Assembly (NCBI RefSeq): GCF_947623445.1
Contig: NC_135244.1
Coordinates: 13,078,860 to 13,142,859 of the forward strand
Length of the DNA stretch: 64,000 nt
Direction: 5' to 3'
From: Clavelina lepadiformis
Taxonomy: Eukaryota
In this document: piece after piece, positions 25,260-37,200 of the stretch
Numbering within the stretch: the stretch's first letter is position 1
How the letters are laid out: every line of letters starts with the position of its first letter
Made by a program: the position numbers and the translations under genes
The notes under the pieces: generated by a model
What the model was told of the DNA's origin: nothing
The model's database searches: none
The model's input: the letters and a program-made list of their open reading frames with translations, nothing else

Positions 25260-28200
25260 CTCAAGCTCACGGTGGAGATGATGCTATATATCGCATTCCA
25301 CCATATTTCTACATACATGTGCTAGATCAGAATACTAATGTGACTAAGCTTGAAATTGGTCCAAAAACTTACATCAGACAAGACAATGAAAGGTACAGTA
25401 TATAAATAGATGTATGCAGAGCTGGGCATGAGCAGTGAGCACACTTCTTTTTTGACAGTAATCTTGTGAGCGAAGTTCTTTCTTCAAATTTGGAATTAAA
25501 CCATTAGCGTGCTATTTTAAAGTTACTTTTTTGCACAGCACTTTTTGAATTTAATTAATTTTAACTTTTAATTAATTATACTTATTACAACGATCATTAG
25601 ACATTTTACTAGCACTGGTAATTTGCTTTATGTTGTCATTGTGACAGAGTGAAAATATCCTTAACTGTTAAAAAGAGCAGAAGCGGCAAAACAAGTGTGC
25701 TCCTATTTTATCAAAGAGCAATAACACGAGTGCCGCTTTTTGTTTCATCAAGGAGCGTGAACATCACTCTTTGTGGAGTGATTGCCCAGCTCTGGATATA
25801 CGAAACATTCTTCATTGATTTAGAAGTCTTAAACTAAGGAAATGTTACAGTACTTCCAAACGTTATTCTGTTAGAGCTTACCTGTTTTTTTTTTTACGAA
25901 AAGTATTTTTACACTGGTAACTGACATTTAACTCATTGATTTCTAGCTACCGTACATCATAAAAGCCCCCATTGGATGCAAACATTAATTATCGGTGCTT
26001 GCTTAAGGGCATTACAATGATTGCGTATGATCAGCTACTCTATGAGTTTTTGGAAGTTCTTGATGTCTGATAAACAGCGTTTTAACTTAGTGGATACAGC
26101 TGTATCAATGAGAAGTGTGCAAAGTTGAAGCAATTGTTAACAGTTTTCTTATACACACATTTATTTGTCGCATTCTTCCAGAAACTTTTGGACCATATAT
26201 TCAAAACAAATCTGCCGCACTTTCCAGGTTTTGCGATGTGGTTTGTACAATTGCTGGGCATAGGAGGGGGATTTTGTAAACATGGCAAATTAATAATTTG
26301 CATTCAAAGCACCTACTATAATCACAGAGAATTACATGGGGTAAAAACTGGCACAGCATGCTACATTTTACATTTTTGTTTGCTGGCCCATTTGTTTATT
26401 TTCTATTATTCTCTTATCCAGAGATGGAAGCAAGAATGGTTGTGACCATAACTACTAATTTTCTGCTGCACTTGCAGAAGTATAAACGTTGAGAGACTGT
26501 TCACAAAAATACCTTTAAAAAACAATGGTTGTATCGCAACAAGTAAAGCCACTTACAGCACAAATTCAAGTCGAGTCATTTTAATTACTTTTCCAAATTT
26601 AGTCAACCATATTTATGAAGTTTTAAACTACTGTATGTCAGGCACAGCAAAGCCATTATTTATGGTATATTTTTTATATAGTTTGATACTAATAGCAAAA
26701 TTATACATATGCATAAATCCTAATTTTACCTAAGTATGACAGTTGTGACTAAGGTCAAGTCAATCGAAATATCCATGTTAATATAATTTGAAACTTTTAA
26801 ACAACAAAAATAAGTCAAGTCTTTCCGATAATCTGACTTAATTTTAATTCACGTCTGCCCTTACTACCTCTTGAGCAAGTCGCGGATTGTTTTAGTAATG
26901 CTCAAACAACTTGTTCATTATAGGCAGCATAGCGGTAATTTTTTCTGCAAAATATTTTATTATACTGTAAGGATATTCCCCAACCAGACATAATTTTTTG
27001 TAGAGTTATTTTTGGTCCTGAGCGAATGATAACAATTCCTCCACGAACTTATTGCATCATTGAAAATCCTGTGGTTCGCAATGCTGATGGTGATGTAGAG
27101 CTTGATTTAACTGGCCAGGCAAAGCTAAACCATGCTGATCGTGAAATTCGTTTAGCCCGAGATCCTTTCCCACTTTACCCTGGAGAGATTTTGAAACAGG
27201 TTTTTTGTTTGAAGTATTCTTTAGTGTTAAAATTTTAGGTAAAGGTGTTCTGTAAAAATTGTTTTCATCTAGCCTCTGAGATGTGTTTAAAGAGCACTGT
27301 TTGCAAACTTCAAGTTTTAAACTTAGATCTATAATAAACACTAGTGATGTTATAAACAGCAATAATTTAATGATAGGCTGTTTCTCCGCTTCGTGTTGTA
27401 CCTGCCAACACTGCTCTGAGACTAAAGGCTAATTTTGATTTTACTGATGGTGAAACTCGACGAGTTGCTGGTGATGAATGGCTTTTTGAAGGACCTGGTT
27501 AGTGGGAAAGTTATAATTTTCCAACATATTTCTGGAATGCTGGTTGTATCTATTTTAAAATTTTGATGTGTTTAAGTAAGACATTTTAGTTTTTCATCTG
27601 ACAAACTATAGATTTTATTTAAAAGGTACCTACATTCCTCGAAAAGAAGTATCTATTGAAGAAACTATTCGAGCCACTGTGATCAAGAAGAATCAAGCTA
27701 TTAAGCTGAGAGCTAGAAAAGAAACTAACGATCGAGATAACAATGCCAGAGTTACAGGTTTGCCACTTACAAAGGTGCCAATCAAATAAATTTTAGAGGG
27801 AGCAAAGTTTTGCTATTGATTTGTTTGTTTTTCATTAATAAAGTAAAATGCAATGGTCAACAAACAGCATTTTGATGATACTAACACCCTCCATCATTTT
27901 TTGTAATACTATTTCATGTATATGTCAAAACAACCTAATTATACACATCCGGATATGAATTTATGTATTGGTTTTTAGCAAAATCATTCTCTCTTTTATA
28001 AAATCTTTACAAATATGTAACAAAGACACTGTTTATTGTTCTGAGTTACGGTTAGCTGAACCTCATTCATTTGACTTGGCTCTTTCAGTGGTGTGTCATT
28101 TCATATTCAGTGTGAAACTTCGCCACATTTGAAAAACGACAACACCAAGATCAGAAATACAAACATTTCTTGTAGTTTGATTTCTAAATCTGCTTATTCT

Positions 28201-31200
28201 AATACTGAGATATGATATCAGTACATTGCTGGCTTCCTCTAGTCCTCTTTTTATAAGATATAAATTTGAAACAATTTGCTAGAAGTGCTGTAAACCGTTT
28301 GATACCATTATTATAGATAGAAATTTACAAAAGCACTGAGCTTATTACACAGTTTTAGTTATATTAATTATTCATTGATAACAACCTACTAAGCAACAAT
28401 CCTTTTCATTTTCGCTAAATGATTTTTTACAAATTTCAATTTGTGTTTAATGTGCTTACACGTTTTACTAAATCTAAATTTATGACACAGGTGAAGAATG
28501 GCTAATTAAGAAAGTTGGTGCTTATCTTCCTGGTGTTTATGAGGAGGTGATAGAAGTTGTAAATGCTGTTGTATTAACTGAAAAGGTAAAGTCCATTGCA
28601 CATTACAACATACCAAACCACATTGCTTAGAGCAGGGATGTCCAACCTGCGGCCCGCGGACCACAGTGCGGCCCACCTGAGATTTTTGTGCGGCCCGCTA
28701 GTCATTTTCACTCCAAGTAGTATTTTGAACTTTGAATCTTAGCCTAATTAAAATGTACCAGTCAGCTCTTTATGTACCCATTTTTCTTGAAATTTAATAG
28801 GTTCTGCGGCCCAATGAATTATTTCAAGTGACAATGCGGCCCACTATAATAAAAGGTTGGACATCCCTGGTTTAGAGCAAACAACTGTATGATACAATAC
28901 ACAAAATTTACAAAATTATGAGATATGTAAACAGATACATAGATTTCACTAATTTCAATATTAACAACTTCCTAAAATGCATGTAGTAAAATAAGAACTA
29001 GGCCAAAAAATGTTTAGGAAAGATTTTGTGTATCAGCTTCTGCCCACTCATTGAACTGGAATATTAATGTATGCTCATAATGCATCAGTTTTTATCTCAG
29101 TTTGCAATGCTTGGCTTGGCTTGGCTAGTGACTGTATTAGGATTTGCAACTTTTTTTTAGCAACCATAAAAAGCTTGCAACATTAAGATTTATTAATAAT
29201 AATGTCAGTATAGTAATGGAATCTATAATTTTCCATATCACTGATATATGTTTTTATGTGCTGCTGATAATACAATGGTCATATATAAATGCAAAGGCGT
29301 ACTGTAGCATACAGTTTTTACTTGGAGCGCTGCATACATTTCCTAGTATCCTACTCGTTAGGGGAAGTGGTTTAACTAAATCATATTGCAACAGGTAAAG
29401 TACACGCAACACGACAACTGAGTTGTCAAAATAATGAGAAGTTGCTTACGTATAAAATCTGCACCAAAAATCTTAAAACACGATAAGTGTAACTATAAGC
29501 TAGGGGTTCTATTCCGTCTTGTTTTAGTTTACTTAACTGCTTAAAAATAGACTTTACCCCACTTTTGTTTGTTTTTTTTAAGCACACTACTGGGGTAATG
29601 AAATATGAAGCAGAAGCTGTTGAATAGACAAATAAAATATAAATTTATGAAAGTGATGGTATTAGTTTTTCAAAATAATTTCGTTTTGGTTAATGTGTTG
29701 GGCTTTGTTAAATGTAAGAGTTTTAAAAATGCAAGCTTAATTTTTGTTAAATTTGTTATTAAATTTATCCTCATAGTAAGTAAAAATTAACCCTGATCAA
29801 GAACCCCTGATGCAAGCCATAGCCTACAGTGTCCGCTGCAATACAAAACTGGTATTGAGTACAACTCAATTATTATATTCGTTTTTGCTATTGTGCAAAT
29901 ATTTTGAAGGTGTTGTCTTTGAAATAACTATTATTAATGTTACCATTTGCATTTTAGTACAATAAGACAGCAGTTGAGCCTATTTTTAACATCCTTTATA
30001 TTTGAACTTCAGGTAGCTTTGCATATGCAAGCCACTCGTACTTTTACTGACTTCCTTAACGTGAAACGAAAAAATGGTGAGGAGTGGTTGATCACCATGG
30101 ATGATACTGATTGCCATATTCCTGATGTTCATGAAGAGGTGTAGTGACTGTATTATTTTCAGATTATTGCTCGAGATAATTTTACACATGCAATTTTTTG
30201 GGGTATGTACAGAATTAATACATAATCCATGATTTAATCACCTTTTTTCACCAATTTCTGTTTATCGAGATGCACTCATTTAATGTTATATGATCAAATG
30301 CTTCATACTCAGTCAAACTTGTACAGCTTCAAATTACACCTTGTAGCAAAATAGAATACCCTGACTTTCTGTTAATCACAAATAGAATATATAGTATTTA
30401 TATTGTTTCTGTGACAATTTCTTCTAATGGTTTTGAAGATAGTCTATCAAATGATTAGTCATGGTGTATGTGATCTAGGGCTTGAAAACCGAGATCCCGG
30501 TTTTGGGAATTCCTGAGATTTAGCAACCTTTTTAACTTCCCGTTTTCCGGTTTTACTCGCGAAAATTCCCTGTTTCCCATGTTACCAACGTTATGTCAAA
30601 AATACAAAAATGTATTGCAAATGGACGTCAATATCAATCTTTGCAGTCAACAGAATGTGCAATTGGCTGTGTGAGCGATATGACGATTCAATAGTCTTTG
30701 GATTAAATTTGCTTGCTGCTAACAAGAGCTGGAGTAAACGAAAGATCAAAGAAATCTCAGATTATATAAAGAACGACAAAGCAAGTTGGTTAAGAACAAT
30801 CCTATTAATGACAACCTTTTTGAAGCCTTCACATTCATATTGAAAATTCCATACACATCCAGTCCAACTTATTGCCATGTGATGATGAAAGCCAAGCAGT
30901 AATCAAGCAGGGGATGAAACTGCTAGAAGCCACCAGAAAAAGGCCAAGCAGTTTGGAGCACCTTTGCAAGGGTTTACTCAACATCAGTTGAGGCAGAACG
31001 AGCTTTGTCTGCTGCAGGACTGTTCACCACGAAAATTTGTTCACGTCTCAACAACAAATCTGTTAATGTTATGAGTTTTCTGCGCAGACATGAAATGAAA
31101 AATGAATTAAACAAGCTTAGATGTATTTCCATTTTGTTGATTTTGCCATTTATTAGCTTTTTCTATCATTATATGTAATTAAAAAAATCCCTTTTTTTTC

Positions 31201-34200
31201 CCGGGATCGAGTTATATTTTTGCGGTTCTGTGAAAATCCGGGAATCGAAAACCTTTGAATGTGATCGAACTGATGGGCAAAATGTGACATTCTCTTAGGA
31301 AGTAGTGACTTAAACTATTTTTTTTATGAAAGTTCTTTCATTTGTTTTCTTGCCACTGCTCAAATTCTTTGACCGATGGTAAAACACAGACTTAATTCGG
31401 TTGCTTGGCAAATATATCTTAAAATGTTTTGCAGAAACGATCAACAATAACTGCTTGTACTTAATACAATGAGTTTTAATCATGCTTTGTAAATATTTAA
31501 GGTTAAAGGGGTTGTTGATGTCATAACTCTCACAAGTAGACAATATTGTGTCATACTCAATCCCGTTGGAACAAATGGAAAGAACCAGCTGGGTAAACGA
31601 AAATTGGTTAAAGGAGAAAGCTCTTTTTTCATTAGGCCTGGTGAGAAGCTGGAACGTGGAATACAGGTTTAATATGTTCAACATTTATATTGACTATCAA
31701 GTTTACATATGATAGCTGCTGCTAAAGTAATATTATATGAAATATACATGTTATAGGTTAAGTATCTTGTCTTTAGATTTCTATATGATGACCTGTAATA
31801 TTTCAATAATTTTGCTGTTTTACTGCTTGGTAGGCTAGGTAGTTTGATTTGGTAGCCTGCATGCTAGAATTTTCATATCTATTCTACAAATCTGTCAGTC
31901 ATGGTAATTCATGTAATGCTTGTATTTATGAAGTAAAATGTTAGTAAAATACTATGTCTTTTATAATGCCTTTGATGACTAAAACAAGGGTTTTGCCTTG
32001 ATAAATTGACACAATACAATTACTGTTTGTTTCGGCATATAAAAGAGAATACAGTTAACAATAAAGATGGACAGCAGAGTTCAATTTCCAGATTATACAA
32101 AACATAATTTTGTTAAGGGCAGCCCCATACTTTATTCCAAGCATGAAGGAATGAGAAGTCATGGGAGTCGTCATGCTTTCCCTTGTTATGTCACTCTGGG
32201 TGATAGAGAGGGAACTTTTTTCGAAATCTCTAAAGTGCCTTAACCATTGGGCTATGGGCTCTCTCAAATGTTGTTTAAACTGCAAGGAAAAAAGTTGTTA
32301 CTTAATTTGAAGTAAAATATTAAACCAAAACCAGAATCAACTTGCAGATTTTAAAAGTAGAAATATATTTCACCTGAAGCGGGCATCATTAGTGTGTGGT
32401 ATAGAAAAGAATACACATAATCATAACCAGATATAAATAAAAACTGTAGAAGCCAAAACTGATAAATACTCAAGTACTGTAACTCAAGCTATAGCAAACT
32501 GAAAAGCTGTGATCTGCTCCAACAGGAGTAATAAACGAGCGAGGTACAAACTGCAAAGTGTGATGTAAAAAGTTAAGGAAAACGAAGGACCTATTAAAAA
32601 CCAACGTGGAAAGGCGTGTGGTAGGGAAACACGAAGGCTATAAGGCAAAGGTGAAAGGTTATATTTTATTCAACTTAGCTGATCCAGTGATCGGTTGCTG
32701 TTTAATAGCCAATGATGAGAAGTTTCAGATCCAAATTTTATTGTTATTGCTTAATTTGAAAGTCAAGATGGAACCGACCTGTGTGCCTGGACGGAAGAAG
32801 AAAAACCCTACTAAAATGAATTCCATCCATGAGACCGGAGTATCGTTTAGGTGGATTGTGGAGAGCACACAGTAAGAATCTTTTACACAGGTCGGTTGTG
32901 AGAGGAAGTAGAAGATGGTCAGCTTCGTCACTCATATCCAGCCAGATGGTTTGATCAGTTTGTGTGAATATGCATACATCGACAGTGATGTAAGTGCCAG
33001 GAAGAGATGAACATATCTGATGCCCGGTTGGATCTTGGAGCAAGCAACCTTGAAAATCCATTTCTTTTTCTTCTTTGCCAGGGTGTGAATAAGTCACTTT
33101 TTTTAAACCAAAGTATTTCTGTTTGTGTTCTTAAAAATCATATTTACAACACAGAAGAGAGTACTGGACTTTGATTTTACAACAGTGGCTATTTAGATAA
33201 TAATCCACATAAAGAAAAAATAGATATAGAGTTGCATATGATGCAAAAGAGAGAGAGAGAGAGAGCAATAATACCAATAGTAGCGCGGGTGTGTAAAGTA
33301 TGCTGGCCCTTATACAAAATCAATTTATGTCATAGATGCACAAAGAGCAATATACAGCACACACATTTGTGTGCAAAACCACACTCACAACAATGTGAAC
33401 AAAAGGGAGAAAAAGTGCAAGTTAATAAACTTCTGAGAATGTGAACGTAAATAAGTGTTTATAAGTAAGATCTGACCACAGAAAGTGTGAAAGACAAAAA
33501 TTATTACGTTACTTATAGTTGCTATTGGAATTACTTCCATGCAGGCTTGCACAACACAACTGGCTAGCGTAATACTGCTATCTAACATAACGGTTTACAA
33601 AAACACACTAATGTGAACAACTTCTGCAGTCCTACCTGGGTCATGTTACACGCACTGAAATGAAACCAAAGGTTTGAGATATAAAAAGGGGCCAAATACG
33701 AGTATAAGAAAAGGGGGAAAATGGCTGTAGTATTAGCCTGATTCCACGATGCTAGACTACACAGTCAAAAACACTTTAGTTATCGATATATAACGCAAAT
33801 GCACAAGTTTATTTATGCAAGAGTTAATTTATAACATCCTGACACATTAATAATTTCTATTATTAGCACCGTAACCATACTTATGTTATATTTTTACTTG
33901 CAAGGATGTATATATATTGGGAGAAGATGAAGGTTTGATCCTCAAAGCTGTGGAAGCTTGCTTTGATGCAGAGAATGAAATTGAAAGGAAACCCGGCGAT
34001 AAGTAAGACGTCCATACTAAAGTTTTAGTCACAAAGAGTGCTGTATTTTACTGTGTATTTCAGTGGAAATCGTTGATGTTATCTAACTGCTATCAAATTG
34101 CTTACCTGTTTCATGACTTTTCAGATGGATGATTCGAGGTCCATGTGAGTATGTGCCTCCAGTGGAAGTTATTGTGCACGCTAAACGGAAGGCTATAGCT

Positions 34201-37200
34201 CTTGATGAAAGTGAAGGAATCTACGTCCGAGATATGAAAACAGGAAAGGTGAGGCAGCTTGTTAATGGATACAGTATGGTGGAACAACTGTAGTTTTTAT
34301 TAAACTTTTTAAAATTTTCTACAGTGTTTCAAACAAGATACCAGTTTTGTATTATTTTTTGACAGGTTCGTAGTGTTTGTGGCAAAACATACATGCTAAC
34401 TCATGATGAAGAATTATGGGAAAAAAATTTGCCACCAACTGTGGAAACACTTTTAACTTCAGGAAGAGATCCTTCTGCTGATCGCAACACAAGAATTACT
34501 GGTATATAAGCAAACTAGTGTTTGATATATCTACAGTAAATGGATGCACTGTAATCTATGACTAACTTATTTGATTAAGATGATTTGCTAATTATTTTGA
34601 CTAAGATGTCTACAAGTCAATACAAGCTATGTAGTTAGGCTTGCCATTTTTTAGAAATGCAAATCCGGGACGCATATTAAAAACTGCAAATGAACTTAAT
34701 GTAGGCCTTATACAAAAAAAATTAATGCAACTAATTAATTAATATGGGCAAATTACCAATATATGTAGGCCTATTTCACCAACGAAAACAAAAGAACTTA
34801 ATAATATTTATGAGCAAATGAATCAGGCCTAATGATATTTTTCTGTGCTAAGCACCTTTTTCAAAAGAAAGTGTTCGATTTTATCTTTTCATAAAATTCA
34901 CTACATGTCAAATCAACATTAATTTTGCAAGTGAGGAGAGCTTTGACATTCTGTTCTAGCATTTGGCCTCTGTCATCAGACCACATCTTGTTCATAATTG
35001 AAAAACCTCGCTCAACCGGTGCTGATGTCCCAGGCAAACAAAGCACAAACTCGACAAGTTTTTGAAAGTTTGGAATGGTTATGTTTTTGTTGATAAAAGT
35101 TTGGAACAATTAGATCCACTTTTGTTCAAGAGATGTCGTTGCATTTTGCCACGATTCTTTCCTCTCACTCTCAGACATGTATTTCTTTACCAAAACGTGC
35201 TCATCGAAAAGGAAGTCGATGTTGATCATTTTCTTCTGAGACATTTTGTTGATATTTTCCGCAGACCCACATACAAGTGGCCAGGGTAAGTCTTCACTCA
35301 ACTTCATCCAAAGATGAGGTATCACATTTTCATGAGCATCGCTATAACCATTCAGATATGATTCACATTTCTCGTAAAAATCTGGAACTTTTGTAAAAAA
35401 ACACCCTTGCATCTATTCCTCCCTATTTCTGAAGCATTTTTTCAAACTTTTTTGCCAATCTCAAATTGAAAATTCCGGGACAAACTGGTTAACCGGTCGG
35501 GACGACGGGACCGGGCCTTAAAACCGGGACTGTCCCGGCTAAACCGGGACTTGTGGCAAGCCTATATGTAGTGTGTATCTTGCAGAGATGTGCCAAACTG
35601 AAAAAGAGTTTGATTCATAAGAACATGAATAATATATTTTTATATTGTGCAAATTCAAACCTGCCCACTTTGCCTACTCATGAGCTTAATTAAAATACCT
35701 GTAGTCGTAGGCTGATGAAAAACTAAACCATGACAAAGGTTATCAATTCATTGATGAATAAAAGATACCAATTAGCCTTGGTTGTATATCAAATCACAAA
35801 AATTTCACCATCATTATAGTTAAGCAGTCAACTTGATATTTCAAAGTTTTGTTTGCTCACCTACAAAATAAAAGATTAGGCTTGAATCTGCATTCACATT
35901 TCAAATTCATGACAATAAAAAAGTAGTGGAAATTTGTGAATAATATTGGGATTTATATTTTTATTTGGCACATTATCTTGGTATTTTTTATTGGTATCAA
36001 TTATTGTATTTGATGGCATGTAAAGATACTCCTGTTTTAGCTAGGCATGTATTTATACATGTACTGTTCAAGCTGGTATTTGGGGACTCGTAAAGTAAAA
36101 AATTGTTATGGTGAAAGCACCTTAAATGCATCAAAACGTTTGATTACTTGGAACTTTCCTGGGCACTTCATTAATAGATTCCAGACTTATTTTTTTCTTT
36201 GGCATGTTTACACAGTTGATAACTCATTTATCCCCGTTGTTGGTATTGCCTTTCAAGCAATGAATTCAATAATGAATGAGCAACAAGTACAACAAAGCTC
36301 AAAATTTACTAGTCGCCACACACTGAAAGTTAAGTGGTAGCTCGTGAAGTATTTCTATATGAACATTAAACAAGTTTAACACTAAAAGTTGATTATTGCC
36401 GGGTTTGTAAATATTTGCTTAGAAAATGTAGAATTTGCTTCATACATGTTAGTTTGCCATGATTAACAATAGTTTTGGTAAAATGCACGTCATTGATAGT
36501 TTTCTTTAAGTTTTTTACCATGTTTACAATAATTTAACGTTTCAGAAAGAAAACTTGATTTTTCTTTGAATATTGCATGGTTGTACAACATACTAGCTCG
36601 GTTTTGAAATGAAAATATTTAATGGATTGCTATAAGCATTTATTTCTATGTATTAATATGCAATTAAAGATTCTTATACACTTCGCATTGCATACACGTA
36701 ATGAACATATTATGTCTGTCTTTTTGTCTTAATACATTGCACACATCAGGTGTCCTGTGAAGAAGAGCTTTTGCATGTGTCATCACTTAATATTTATATA
36801 TTGTGTCTCAAAACGTTATTTATCCATTATTTTATCCAGATGTAAACTAAAAGTAACTAATGTCCAGGGCGATTCTTTATTAACCAATAAAACTTTAAAG
36901 TTTTTCTTACAAAAAATGACTTTTTTTAACAAAAGGTAGAACTAGAACTAAAAATTCAGAAAAAAAAACACAAAGCCACTTGAATTTCTATACTTAAAAT
37001 GTGATGTGAACATGAATTGTGCAACAAAGCAAACCACTAATGCATCTTAGAGATTTGATAACTAATAGCTAAAATAATGTGGGTGGCATTGATGCATACT
37101 GCCCTGTCCAATGGGTTGCAGTATAAAACCTTGTTTTCATGATGTTTCCAAGACTAAAAGAACAGCAAAGTTAAATTATAGAAATTAATAAGCCACAAAA

